Under the pieces are notes generated by a model. The model made no database searches. It saw nothing but the letters and a program-made list of their open reading frames with translations, and was not told the DNA's origin. The position numbers and the translations under genes were made by a program. This document shows, in pieces, positions 20,761 through 29,252 of a stretch of 35,123 nt of DNA. Location: positions 1 to 35,123 of the forward strand of contig JAEOTS010000037.1 of NCBI GenBank assembly GCA_016839745.1, in the 5' to 3' direction. The first letter of the stretch is position 1; each line of letters opens with the position of its first letter. Origin of the DNA: Promethearchaeota archaeon (GTDB taxonomy: Archaea; Asgardarchaeota; Lokiarchaeia; Sigyniarchaeales; SOKP01).

Positions 20761-21900
20761 TTAAGTTTTTTCTAATTCCATTTGGCTAATCGCTTTACCA
20801 GACCTGAACGGTATATCATCTATGCTTTCACCGGCGCTATAATCAAACTTTTCCTTAAAGGAGTCGTTTAACGATTGGAAGTATAGTGATAGTGGAAGAT
20901 GTTGTGGACAGTTATTATCGCAATTTCCACATTCGACACAGCGGTCTGCGACATGGGCAATTCTTGTTAATTGATAGGATTCTTTATTGATGATCTTTTC
21001 TTTCCTCTTCTTCATTAGAATACAATCAACACAGTAACATACTGGACATCCTCTGATGCACATGTTGCACATAGTGCATGCTTGGAACCTCTCCAATTTT
21101 TCTTCCTGAGAAAGCTTGTCCCATTCTTCTAAATCCTTTGCTCTCTTTGCTATAGCTGCATCCTTAATGTTTTTAAGGACTTCGGATTGCTTAGTTTTCA
21201 TATCTTCAGGTAAAGGTTTTTTGTTGATCTTTGATTTTTCTACGAGATCTTCGCCTTTATCTGAATACACTTTAAGCACGATTTCGTCCGAATCAATAGG
21301 TAATACAAGATCACTAACGCTAATATCAGCTACAACAGGAACCTTCCTATTACAACGCGAACAGTTCTCTGCTATATCTAATCCAACCTCCTTGGTACTA
21401 CCATCTTCAAATTTAAGAATTAATCCTTTATCGCCAACTTTTTCTTTAACAACTTTAGTTAAATCAAGCCCTTCTACTTTCTTCAATTCGCGAGCGGCGT
21501 TTATTATCATCCCTCTATCCTCAAAGCCAACAACAAAGAGATTATCCATGTTAATCTGTCTAATCTTTGCTAACTCAATAATTCCACGCGTATCACAAGG
21601 ACGAGCGATAACTCCTACTTTTTCGTTTTTAGCCCCATCAACTGATTTGTGTAAGAATTTCGCAGCAGTATCCGTTCTCGCATACCCATATGCAATTAAA
21701 TTCGTTAAAGGAAAAGTAACAAAATCTTCTGGTTTTTCAACGAGTACTGGAGATACGGTAAACCTATCTACAGCCCCGGACTTCTTATCTACTTTTAACT
21801 TTGCTCCAATAATTTTGTCCACGATTTTTTCTTGCAAGAGCGTAGCTAATAGCTTAGGAAAATCCTCAATTTTAATTAAATATTCATCTAACGCATCCAT
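20761..21900 (-). CDS. FdhB/FrhB-family (F420 hydrogenase/dehydrogenase beta subunit-like) Fe-S flavoprotein, 379 aa
   Basis: KVGVIARPCD, ENCSRC, CTMCNMCIRGCPVCYC and RCVECGNCDNNCP. Start placed at ATG 21900 (MDALDEY) because the upstream extension is low-complexity and overlaps the SECIS. Confidence 0.85.
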   Translation of the reverse strand: MDALDEYLIKIEDFPKLLATLLQEKIVDKIIGAKLKVDKKSGAVDRFTVSPVLVEKPEDFVTFPLTNLIAYGYARTDTAAKFLHKSVDGAKNEKVGVIARPCDTRGIIELAKIRQINMDNLFVVGFEDRGMIINAARELKKVEGLDLTKVVKEKVGDKGLILKFEDGSTKEVGLDIAENCSRCNRKVPVVADISVSDLVLPIDSDEIVLKVYSDKGEDLVEKSKINKKPLPEDMKTKQSEVLKNIKDAAIAKRAKDLEEWDKLSQEEKLERFQACTMCNMCIRGCPVCYCVDCILMKKRKEKIINKESYQLTRIAHVADRCVECGNCDNNCPQHLPLSLYFQSLNDSFKEKFDYSAGESIDDIPFRSGKAISQMELEKT

Positions 21901-21988
21901 GTTATTCCAACTCAAAATAGTAAATTTATTTTCTTGTTTTTGATTTAATTTTTTACAACTTTTTCTTTTATTTTTTAATAATTTATTT

Positions 21989-22063
21989 AATGTGTTATAT
22001 GGTGCTCCCATTTCTTCAACTGAGCTCTCATTTTTTTAACTCAGCTTCATTAGCTAACACATT
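21989..22063 (-). promoter_or_regulatory. Eukaryote-like SECIS element (selenocysteine insertion sequence) 3' of mvhD
   Basis: Minus-strand RNA: AAUGUGUUA-GCUA-AUGAA-GCUGAGUU-AAAAAAAUGAG-AGCUCAGU-UGAA-GAAAUGGGAGCACCAUA-UAACACAUU. It has a 9-bp helix I, an AUGA (22050-22047)/UGA (22018-22016) core, an 8-bp helix II and an A-run at the 5' side of the apical loop. Confidence 0.88.
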
Positions 22064-22497
22064 TATTTTTTAGAGGAGTCTTTATTTTTTTTATTTAACG
22101 GGCTCGGTCCAAGTTTCCGTATTTCTTCATCAAAAGCAGTTGCTACTTCCCGATATTTCGAACCTTCTGCTGAACTACAGTATTCCATCTTTAATCTTTT
22201 TGGGTCAAGTCCAATGGTTTTAACTACTTCTTTTAGATATGCAATTGATCTATGGGCAAAATAGTTGCCTTTTTCATAATCGCATTCTCCAGGATATCAT
22301 CCAACAATAATTATACCGTCAGCGCCTCTCCCAAACCCTCTCATAATTACATCCGCACCAACCCTTCCTGTGCATGGAACTAAAACGGTTCTTAAAGATG
22401 TGGGGTATTGAGCTCTAATAGTTCCCGCCATATCAGCTGCACCATAGCCTCATTTTAAACATAAAAAAGATAGAATTTTAATATCGTTGTTACTCAT
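22063..22497 (-). CDS. mvhD: MvhD/VhuD hydrogenase delta ([2Fe-2S]) subunit; selenoprotein with 2 Sec (U16, U67), 144 aa
   Basis: Manual translation: MSNNDIKILSFLCLKUGYGAADMAGTIRAQYPTSLRTVLVPCTGRV...GADGIIIVGUYPGECDYEKGN...RKLGPSPLNKKNKDSSKK*. TGA at 22450-22452 and 22297-22299 replace the Cys of the CxxC and GCxxGxC motifs. GAGGT RBS upstream; TAA stop. Confidence 0.93.
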
Positions 22498-22510
22498 TTC
22501 ATTTACCTCT

Positions 22511-24472
22511 TTAATCCTCAATTGGCAATAATTCGTCAATATAGCTTACATATTGAACATCTTTATAATGCGCTAATTCTATCGCTTTAGAAGGACAAAT
22601 TGCAGTGCATATTCCACAACCTCTGCAACTTATTACATCTACAACAATCGTTCCTTCATCATTAATAGAAATCGCTTTGTATGGACAAGCTTCAATACAT
22701 TTATAGCATTTTGCACATCTTTCGTCTATTGGTTGGGCACGTATTAATTCAATAACATACTCTTCTCGTCCCATTGGAATGCCTGCTGATGATGCTGCTC
22801 CCTTAGCTTGACTTACTGTTAGTTCAATTGATTTTTGACCTTGACATGAACCGGCTAAGTATACGCCTGGGACCTTCGTCTTGATTGGTTCTAAACGTGG
22901 ATGAACTTCTTTTAGGAAACCATCTGGTGATTTCTCAATATTCATTATAGAAGCAATTTCGTTTGTACCCCGCGATGGTAATGATGCCGATGACAAAACA
23001 ACCATATCAACTTCTTGTTTTACGATTGTATCAGTCCCAACTGGTTCAAATTCAACGGTAAGATTCTTTGTTAGCGGATCTTCTTCTATTTTTCCAATCA
23101 TCCCTTTAACAAAAAGAATTCCAGCATCCCTAGCTCTTCTATAATATTCTTCATACATCTTCCCAGCACATCTCATATCTATATAACATACCGTAATTTC
23201 TGAATCGGGATATTCTGAGATTATAAGTTTGGAATTCTTTACGGATAAATTACAACACACGACACTACAATATTCATTCTTTTTTAAATCTCTTGAACCT
23301 ACGCAGTTTATGAATAATATTTTCTTTGGACGTTTTCTATCTGAGGGGCGTACCAAATGACCGAACGTAGGGCCATTTGGAGCAAGAATCCTTTCTAATT
23401 GGATCTGTGTAATAACATTATCATATTTTCCGTACCCATAATCGTCTTCTTGATATAAGTCCCATCCTGTTGCTACAATTATTGTTCCCGCTTCAAGCTC
23501 TATAATTTCGTCTTGTTGACTAAAGTCAATTGCCTCCAAATCACAAGATTCGACACATGCAAAACATTCTACACACGATTCTCTTACAATATCATAAACT
23601 GCCGGAACTGCTTGAGCAAATGCGATATCGATACACTTACGAGCTGAAAGATTTTCATCGAAATAATTAGGAACATATATCGGGCATACTTCCGTACATG
23701 CTCCACAACCAGTACATTCGCTTTCAATGACAAATCGAGCTTTTCTTTTTACTTGGACTCTAAAGTTACCTATATATCCTTCGACTTTTTCTACTTCACT
23801 ATAGGTAAGCATTTCAATATTTGGATGACGATCAGCTTCAAGCATCTTTGGTCCGAGAATTCATATCGAACAATCGTCTGTGGGGAATGTTCGATCTAAT
23901 TGAGACATACGACCACCGATTGTTGTCTTCTTTTCAACTAAATACACTTTATATCCTGCATCTCCCAAATCAATTGCAGCACTTAAACCAGCAATTCCTC
24001 CGCCAATAACCAAACATGTAGGTTTTACATCAACTGTTTTTGTAGGTATCTCTTCTAAAAATTGCGATCTTGAAATCCCTGCTTTCACCAATTCTATTGC
24101 TTTAAGTGTAGCATCATCTCTTACTTCCATTGCTTGATGAACATAACTACAATGTTCTCTAATGTTTACAAATTCCAAATATCTCTGTGGCAATCCTGCT
24201 TCATTTAAAATAGCATGAAATACTGGTTCATGTGTTATTGGAGTTCAAGCAGCTAAGATAATTCTGTCAAAGCTTTTTTCCTCAATTTGTTCTTTAATAA
24301 ATTCAGCGCCTCCAGACGTACACAGATTTAAATACTCATAAGCGTAAACATCATCAAGTTTATCAATTTCTTCTACAATTTTAGGCACATCTAAAATACC
24401 CCCAATATTAACTCCTCATCTACATATAAATGCTCCGATTTTGTGTTTACTATTGGTCTGTTCTTCAGACAA
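22511..24472 (-). CDS. hdrA: Heterodisulfide reductase subunit A; selenoprotein with 3 Sec (U19, U76, U204), 653 aa
   Basis: One continuous frame from TTG 24472 (AGGTGG RBS) to TAA 22511, interrupted only by TGA at 24416-24418 (IGAFICRUGVNIGG), 24245-24247 (RIILAAUTP) and 23861-23863 (TFPTDDCSIUILGPKM). Contains VIGGGIAG FAD motif, CVGSRD...YCSVVCC and several CxxCxxCxxxC ferredoxin motifs. Joins track ORFs 23861..24193 and 22511..23845. Confidence 0.95.
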
Positions 24473-24759
24473 ATTTTCCACCTTTTATCTTTGTATCCTC
24501 CTAATTATAAATGTTTCAACTTATAACGATTTGAATTTATTGTATTTGATTCAATAAATATGATCATGCAAATGGTTCTTATTATTAAAATTCAATTATT
24601 ATTAGTTTTAAAACGAATATTTTTGATTTTAAGTCTTTCCTCATTGCTTTCAAAGTTGAAAAAATCGCACCAGATATAAATAGAATAAAGATTATAACTC
24701 ATGATTCAAACATAACACTTAAGTAAAAATTAAAAAGATCTTTTGATGGGTGAATATTC

Positions 24760-25566
24760 ATGTTAGAATCTCAAGAATCAAAAAAAAAAACAAAATACCA
24801 AATTACTTCAATTCAAAGAAAAATACTAATTGGTAAAATATATCCTATCCTTCTATTGGGTTCTATAGTCTGGTTATGTGGGGAGTACTTGTTTAGCTTT
24901 CTTTTCTCAGATTTGGATTTAACAGGACGAAATTTATTGGTCTATATTATAGTCGTAATCGTAGAAGTGGCCTTATTTATCTTATTTTTCTTTGCCTCTA
25001 AATCTAATAAAACACTATTGAGCATCTCACTCTTTATAATACTTTGCTTTCTATTAGGGATTTTAAGCCTTCCTATAGTAATTTTTACCGAATTTGTATC
25101 CCAAGTTCATATGTTTGTCAGTCTATCCGTCGGTGCAAGTCTCATTATAAACTTTATAACTCTCATTTTAAGAGATAAGTATTTCTCTAAAGGATATATT
25201 TGGGCGCATCTTTTATTATTCTTAGTTGGATGTGCGATAATAGAACTCGTTTTCATCGTTATTTTCAACATCCATAACTTTTTAATTACAGTACCTCTCT
25301 CACTTGCGTATATCTTGGTTATTTCCTTAATTTTAATTTTTTATGGCGTTCGAACCGTTTCAAAAGTTGAAAACGAGAATTGGATATATGCATTTTTTAA
25401 AATTCTTGGAATTTTATTAGTAGCTCTTGTATTAGCTGTCGTTGTGGTAGTTATCGTGCTTTTAATAATTGCTTGCGCAATTGCTACTGATGGCGCTTTT
25501 GATTTATCAGGTCTAGGAGGCGGTGGAGGAGGTAAGATAAAAAGGAAGAAACGACAGAAAATTTAA
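24760..25566 (+). CDS. Multi-pass (about 7 TM) membrane protein, weak resemblance to Bax inhibitor-1/YccA fold
   Basis: About 7 hydrophobic helices; Gly-rich then basic C-terminal tail (GLGGGGGGKIKRKKRQKI). Family assignment is tentative. Confidence 0.65.
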   Translation: MLESQESKKKTKYQITSIQRKILIGKIYPILLLGSIVWLCGEYLFSFLFSDLDLTGRNLLVYIIVVIVEVALFILFFFASKSNKTLLSISLFIILCFLLGILSLPIVIFTEFVSQVHMFVSLSVGASLIINFITLILRDKYFSKGYIWAHLLLFLVGCAIIELVFIVIFNIHNFLITVPLSLAYILVISLILIFYGVRTVSKVENENWIYAFFKILGILLVALVLAVVVVVIVLLIIACAIATDGAFDLSGLGGGGGGKIKRKKRQKI

Positions 25567-25642
25567 AGTTATTTTTTAAGTTTTTATACTTCTAAATATA
25601 ATAGAAAAAGAAAAAAAATGATAATGTTTTATTAAACTTACT

Positions 25643-27214
25643 TTATAATGCCATAATTTTGGCTAATTCTTTCATATTTTTCATGCCTTTAACTTTCAAC
25701 TTTCCTGTGAGCATTTTTATTAGCATTGCAGCTTTAGAAATTTTGCCTCCAGTGAAGTCGAAAAATAAACTTGCAGTACAAGCTATTGAACCATCGACTT
25801 CAATATTTTTTATTATATCACTATCATTCTCAATATGTCTTACGTCTAGAGTTCCATTTTCAATTTTAATTAACGCACTATAATGTTGATCTGTAAGATT
25901 ATAAAGAAAACTCATCTTTGCATCAGCATACTCTTTTTTAAATTTTTCATTTTCGTTTATTGATCCCATTTGTTGCCATAGTAATCCAGCAAGACCGCAT
26001 CTTTCTTCTTTTGCTTCCTCTTTCATTTTAGCCTTTACAATAGGTTCGTTTTCAATTCTCCATTCTTTGAAAGATTTTTTTGTTGGAATTTTTAATTCAA
26101 TATCATCTAGGTTGTCTGCAATAGGGAACTTTCCATAGGTATGAGTTGCAGCTACAGCTGCATGAATGTGTTCCGAAGGAGTATCCGCTGGAACGTTTGA
26201 TAGGAAAAGGCTTAGATCATGATCACGGGCAAATGCGTCAATGAATCTTTTGACATTATCAACGATTTTCTCAACGGGCCCATCACGGAGCAATCGAGCA
26301 TTAATTCCTGCCGTAATTGACACATCTTTTCCTTCTTTTCGATATTTTTCAGTGTAGTTGCGTACTGCTTCAAGAGAGTATTCATGCCATCGACCCATCA
26401 TTAAGAATAATGCGGGATTACCACCAAAACTTGCCACCTCCACATCAAAACTATCATGAAGGATTTTCTCATCAAACTTATCTAATCGTTCTTCACAATA
26501 GTCCCCTGACACATTCATCGTCATTACTCCAAATGCTTTACATTTATTTTCGAGTCGTTGATTATAAGGAACAATCCAGTCCATCATTTCTTTGGGGGAT
26601 AGATTTGGTACACTAGCCCAAGCATCAGCCCCTATTCCCATTAAATTACCCGATTTCTCATTTTGAATCCTAATCCAAGGTGCTAAAACATCATCAACAG
26701 CGAAACTCATTACTCCATCATATAATTTTGGGTCCTTTTTCATTGCTCTAATGAGTTTTGGAAATCCCATCAATCCAACTGCTAAGCTAAAAGGTGAGCA
26801 AAATATGCACATTCCACTAACCATTGAGCTAATGGAATTTAAGATCATAGGAAAACGTCCAGCATTCTGAAAATCAATTTTTTTATTTTTTAATTTTTCT
26901 AGATCCTCATAGTTCTTAATCAATGGTTGACGAAAATCAATAGTAGGCATAGAATTTTCGCCATAAATTAATTTACCTCCTAACGCTTCTACTTCTAAAT
27001 TATAGGAATCATATCCTCCTGCTGGACTATCTAAATCATAATATTTTCCTACTAATCCGCCTATTTCAAAATTTAAATCAAAATCAGTGTAAAACTTCTT
27101 AGCAGGTACTTCAGCAAGATACATTACATGGTCATGACATTGAGCTGCAATATTGATATACCCTTTACCTCCTCTTGAAATAGCACTTCCCAAATCTTGT
27201 TTTACTTCGGTCAA
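25643..27214 (-). CDS. UroD/MtaA-family methyltransferase-like protein fused to a C-terminal SCP2 sterol/lipid-binding domain
   Basis: YNLEVEALGGK, AGRFPM, SPFSLAVGLMG and VPADTPSEHIHAAV in the UroD-like part. The last ~115 aa (LIKIENGTL...MLTGKLKVKG) match the SCP2 pattern. Confidence 0.8.
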   Translation of the reverse strand: MTEVKQDLGSAISRGGKGYINIAAQCHDHVMYLAEVPAKKFYTDFDLNFEIGGLVGKYYDLDSPAGGYDSYNLEVEALGGKLIYGENSMPTIDFRQPLIKNYEDLEKLKNKKIDFQNAGRFPMILNSISSMVSGMCIFCSPFSLAVGLMGFPKLIRAMKKDPKLYDGVMSFAVDDVLAPWIRIQNEKSGNLMGIGADAWASVPNLSPKEMMDWIVPYNQRLENKCKAFGVMTMNVSGDYCEERLDKFDEKILHDSFDVEVASFGGNPALFLMMGRWHEYSLEAVRNYTEKYRKEGKDVSITAGINARLLRDGPVEKIVDNVKRFIDAFARDHDLSLFLSNVPADTPSEHIHAAVAATHTYGKFPIADNLDDIELKIPTKKSFKEWRIENEPIVKAKMKEEAKEERCGLAGLLWQQMGSINENEKFKKEYADAKMSFLYNLTDQHYSALIKIENGTLDVRHIENDSDIIKNIEVDGSIACTASLFFDFTGGKISKAAMLIKMLTGKLKVKGMKNMKELAKIMAL

Positions 27215-27218
27215 TTTA

Positions 27219-27863
27219 CTACACCCCCAATATTTTTTTTGCTTTTTCTACTGCATCAAAAGCATCTTTTCCCCACACATCGGCATTTATTTCTTCAGCA
27301 AATTCCTGAGTACAAGGAACACCACCGATCATCACTTTTAAGTTATTTCGTAACCCTTCTTTTTCAAGTCGTTTGATGATCTCTCTCATTTCGAGCATTG
27401 TGGTCGTCATATAACATCCTAAACCTAATATATCCGGATTAATTTCTTTAATCTTCTCAATAAAGGTATCTTGTGAAACATCTTCCCCTAAATCAATAAC
27501 TTCAAAAGCTCCTCCACGAAGAGTTGCATTAACCATAATTTTACCCAAATTATGCATATCTCCTGCAACTGTTCCTATTACTACTTTACCTGAAGAGCCT
27601 CTATCTCCGGCTTCTAATCTTGGTTCTATCACTTCCATTGCTAAACGGAAAGCTTCAGCGCATAAAATTATATCAGTGTGAAAATATTCATTTTGCTTCC
27701 ATAATTCTCCAGCTTCTTGAATTCCAGGAATAATTCCCTGGTTTACAATAAGCATTGGCTCTATACCTTGCTCTAAAGCCTTTTGAGCGAGTTCTTGAGC
27801 AATATCATCATCCCCCTCAAGAACTGATTTTTTTAAATCCACTAAAATTTTATTTTGAGCCAC
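27219..27863 (-). CDS. Corrinoid (B12-binding) methyltransferase protein, MtaC/MtbC-like
   Basis: N-terminal cap domain, GTVAGDMHNLGK (DxHxxG), IDLGEDV and VMIGG; 4 bp upstream of the MtaA-like gene. Confidence 0.92.
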   Translation of the reverse strand: MAQNKILVDLKKSVLEGDDDIAQELAQKALEQGIEPMLIVNQGIIPGIQEAGELWKQNEYFHTDIILCAEAFRLAMEVIEPRLEAGDRGSSGKVVIGTVAGDMHNLGKIMVNATLRGGAFEVIDLGEDVSQDTFIEKIKEINPDILGLGCYMTTTMLEMREIIKRLEKEGLRNNLKVMIGGVPCTQEFAEEINADVWGKDAFDAVEKAKKILGV

Positions 27864-28005
27864 TTTATCACCACTATTTTTTTAAAATAATTATTCAATA
27901 ATGTTTATTTTAATTCGATCTCTATCTTTATAAAAGTTTTTACTAACCAGCTTTTCAATGATGAGATATAAATAATTATAATACTAAAAATAGGATATCG
28001 TAATT

Positions 28006-29184
28006 ATGGATCAGTTTAATATAAACCAAATAAACAGCCTAATTCTCAATAAACATCATCTCTCAAATGATTCTAAAATCGATGACATACTAAAAATTTG
28101 TGAAGATTTATGCGGTTTACATGCTACAGGGACTATTGAACCCTATTTAACTCTTTTTGCAAGAACTATTAGCTTTAAAAAAGAAGACTTGGATATGCAG
28201 CTATACAATGAAAAGAATTTAGGTCGAATCCGCGGGATGCGTAAAACATTATTCATTGAAACGAAAAAAATGATTCCTATCGTCCATAATCTTATTAAAC
28301 CTCTTATAGATAAAAGAGACGAACAATATTTAGAGATGAGAGAAATCTCGATTGATGAATATGATGTCATATCAAGACAAATACTTGAATTATTATACGA
28401 CAGAGAAATGTCTACGGCTAACATTAAAAAAGCTATATCTTCCCAAAAAGACGTTGTGGCAGTCATTTCCGTGATGTGCGATAAGATGTTATTAATAAGA
28501 GGAAAACCAATAAAAAGTTGGAAAGATAGAAGAATTCTTTACGCTCCATTCGATATATATTTCCCCAACATTAACCTAAATAAATATAATTATGAAGAAG
28601 CTATTCAGTTATTAATTCAAAAATACCTCGAATCTTATGGTCCTGTTACATTAAAAGATATTACGTGGTGGCTTAGTATTAATAAAAGCCAAGCGAAAAA
28701 AGTTCTGCTTTCTTTAGAGGGCGAAACTGAACTGATAAAAATTACTGATCTCGATTTAGAATATATAATTTCTAAAGGAGATTTAAACCGATTGCTTGAG
28801 AGAAATCCACACAAAGCGAACACAATAAATCTCTTACCCCGCCTTGATCCATACCTCATGGGATATAAAGATCGAGATAGATATGTTAATCCTAACGATT
28901 TCGAATTTGTTTATGATCGTTCTGGAAATGCTACATCAACAGTATTACTTAATGGAAGGGTTATTGGAATATGGGATGTAGTAGAAAAACCCAACCCGCT
29001 TATAAAACTGTTTCTTTTTAAAAAAATAGAAGAGCCTATTATGGTAGAAATAACTTCTGAAGGAAAAAAAATCGGAAAATTTATCACGGGACAAAATATA
29101 GAGGTTAAACATTGTGAAGATATGATACCATTAACGAAACGAACAATGGGTGGTTTTATGAGCCCCCTTAAAGATTGTAGCTAA
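28006..29184 (+). CDS. AlkZ/YcaQ (HTH_42) winged-helix DNA glycosylase family protein
   Basis: LCGLHAT, MRKTLF, YLESYGPVTLKDITWW, LLPRLDPYLMGYKDR and LLNGRVIGIW. Confidence 0.85.
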   Translation: MDQFNINQINSLILNKHHLSNDSKIDDILKICEDLCGLHATGTIEPYLTLFARTISFKKEDLDMQLYNEKNLGRIRGMRKTLFIETKKMIPIVHNLIKPLIDKRDEQYLEMREISIDEYDVISRQILELLYDREMSTANIKKAISSQKDVVAVISVMCDKMLLIRGKPIKSWKDRRILYAPFDIYFPNINLNKYNYEEAIQLLIQKYLESYGPVTLKDITWWLSINKSQAKKVLLSLEGETELIKITDLDLEYIISKGDLNRLLERNPHKANTINLLPRLDPYLMGYKDRDRYVNPNDFEFVYDRSGNATSTVLLNGRVIGIWDVVEKPNPLIKLFLFKKIEEPIMVEITSEGKKIGKFITGQNIEVKHCEDMIPLTKRTMGGFMSPLKDCS

Positions 29185-29252
29185 AAATTGCTTAGGATAT
29201 ATAGAAATAAATGAATAAAAAAATAAATTAAATAAAATAAATAAAAAATTAT

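Noticed and set aside
21116-21943. 275-aa plus-strand ORF and other short antisense ORFs in the track (e.g. 8046..8402, 9430..9705, 29464..29769, 31364..31687)
   Set aside because: They lie antisense to well-supported genes, have Ser/Ile/Phe-rich shadow composition and show no motifs.
21901-22011. 37-aa N-terminal extension of the FdhB-like ORF in the ORF track
   Set aside because: It is a Lys/Asn-rich translation of AT-rich spacer that overlaps the SECIS; ATG 21900 is the more plausible start.
22494-22502. Mini-ORF ATG-AAA-TGA overlapping the mvhD start codon
   Set aside because: It could be imagined as a selenium-sensing uORF, but such overlaps arise easily by chance and nothing else supports it.
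22063-24472. hdrA and mvhD as pseudogenes, or hdrA as split ORFs (23861..24193 and 22511..23845)
   Set aside because: All five interruptions are TGA, in frame and at conserved Cys columns. There are no frameshifts and a SECIS is adjacent; random decay would not give this pattern.
24520-24570. Possible 5' SECIS upstream of hdrA (AUGAU followed by an AU-rich hairpin)
   Set aside because: There is no GA opposite the AUGA to form the core, and the stem is weak and AU-rich.
29185-29252. A-rich (aaata)n runs here and at 4708-4720, 14650-14694 and 25600-25620 as repeats or CRISPR
   Set aside because: Low-complexity intergenic tracts consistent with oligo-T terminators on the minus strand; no repeat-spacer periodicity.
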